Assembly: GCA_963847185.1 (NCBI GenBank)
Contig: CAWJYV010000004.1
Span: 128,001-192,000, forward strand
Reading direction: 5' to 3'
Length of the DNA stretch: 64,000 bases
DNA from: an uncultured Methanosarcinaceae archaeon
Lineage (GTDB): Archaea; Halobacteriota; Methanosarcinia; Methanosarcinales; Methanosarcinaceae
The notes below the pieces were generated by a model, which saw nothing but the letters and a program-made list of their open reading frames with translations, searched no databases and was not told the DNA's origin. The stretch's first letter is position 1. Every line of letters begins with the position of its first letter. Both the position numbers and the translations under genes were made by a program. Shown here one piece after another: positions 63,717 to 64,000 of this stretch.

Positions 63717-64000
63717 TATAATTTCCTGCCGGCGATCTACCCTAATCTTCCTCGAATCCTTTTGTAGAATAGGTAAATCGAAAATCTATGATGTTTTGCT
63801 GCTTGAGAAAAGGGTATTTTGCGGAGCCGATCAGTTTTATTATTTTCCGATAAATTTCCCTTGGGATTATCTTTAAGAACAACAATGGATTTTTTGCATA
63901 CCTTCTATATATTTACCATTAGATTACTATTGGAAAGAACAAAAATGATAAGGAGCATCAATTAACTTCCAGATCATTAAAACGATTGGTCTAAGCTTTC

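Overview
AT-rich archaeal chromosomal DNA, very likely Methanosarcina. This is inferred from gene content: MEDS/PAS HisKA_2 kinases, PKD/NHL/NosD surface proteins, KaiC-like ATPases, a BHB-intron tRNA and aIF-1A. The first 8.5 kb is core-like: tRNA-Arg(UCG) with intron, a KaiC-like/response-regulator locus, K+ channel/TrkA, site-2 protease, cutA and tRNA-Leu(CAA). Downstream of tRNA-Leu is a decayed accessory region (about 8.6-23 kb) with MITEs, a frameshifted tyrosine integrase, RHH/coiled-coil pseudogenes on helically phased TATCC arrays and a large lectin/NHL surface protein. It also holds five unannotated 17-25 aa hydrophobic peptide genes with clear ribosome-binding sites; two of them sit in duplicated promoter-SD-peptide-terminator cassettes. 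These peptides are the best candidate for an undescribed system. The rest is a mosaic of metabolic and transport genes, a CHAT-STAND protein, kinases, pseudogenes (IS1, IS4, hicAB, truncated ECF ATPase), at least five MITE families, two CxxC-x17-CxxC genes with near-identical leaders, and an aIF-1A gene whose only plausible start is CUG. All calls come from reading the sequence by eye; no database searches were run.
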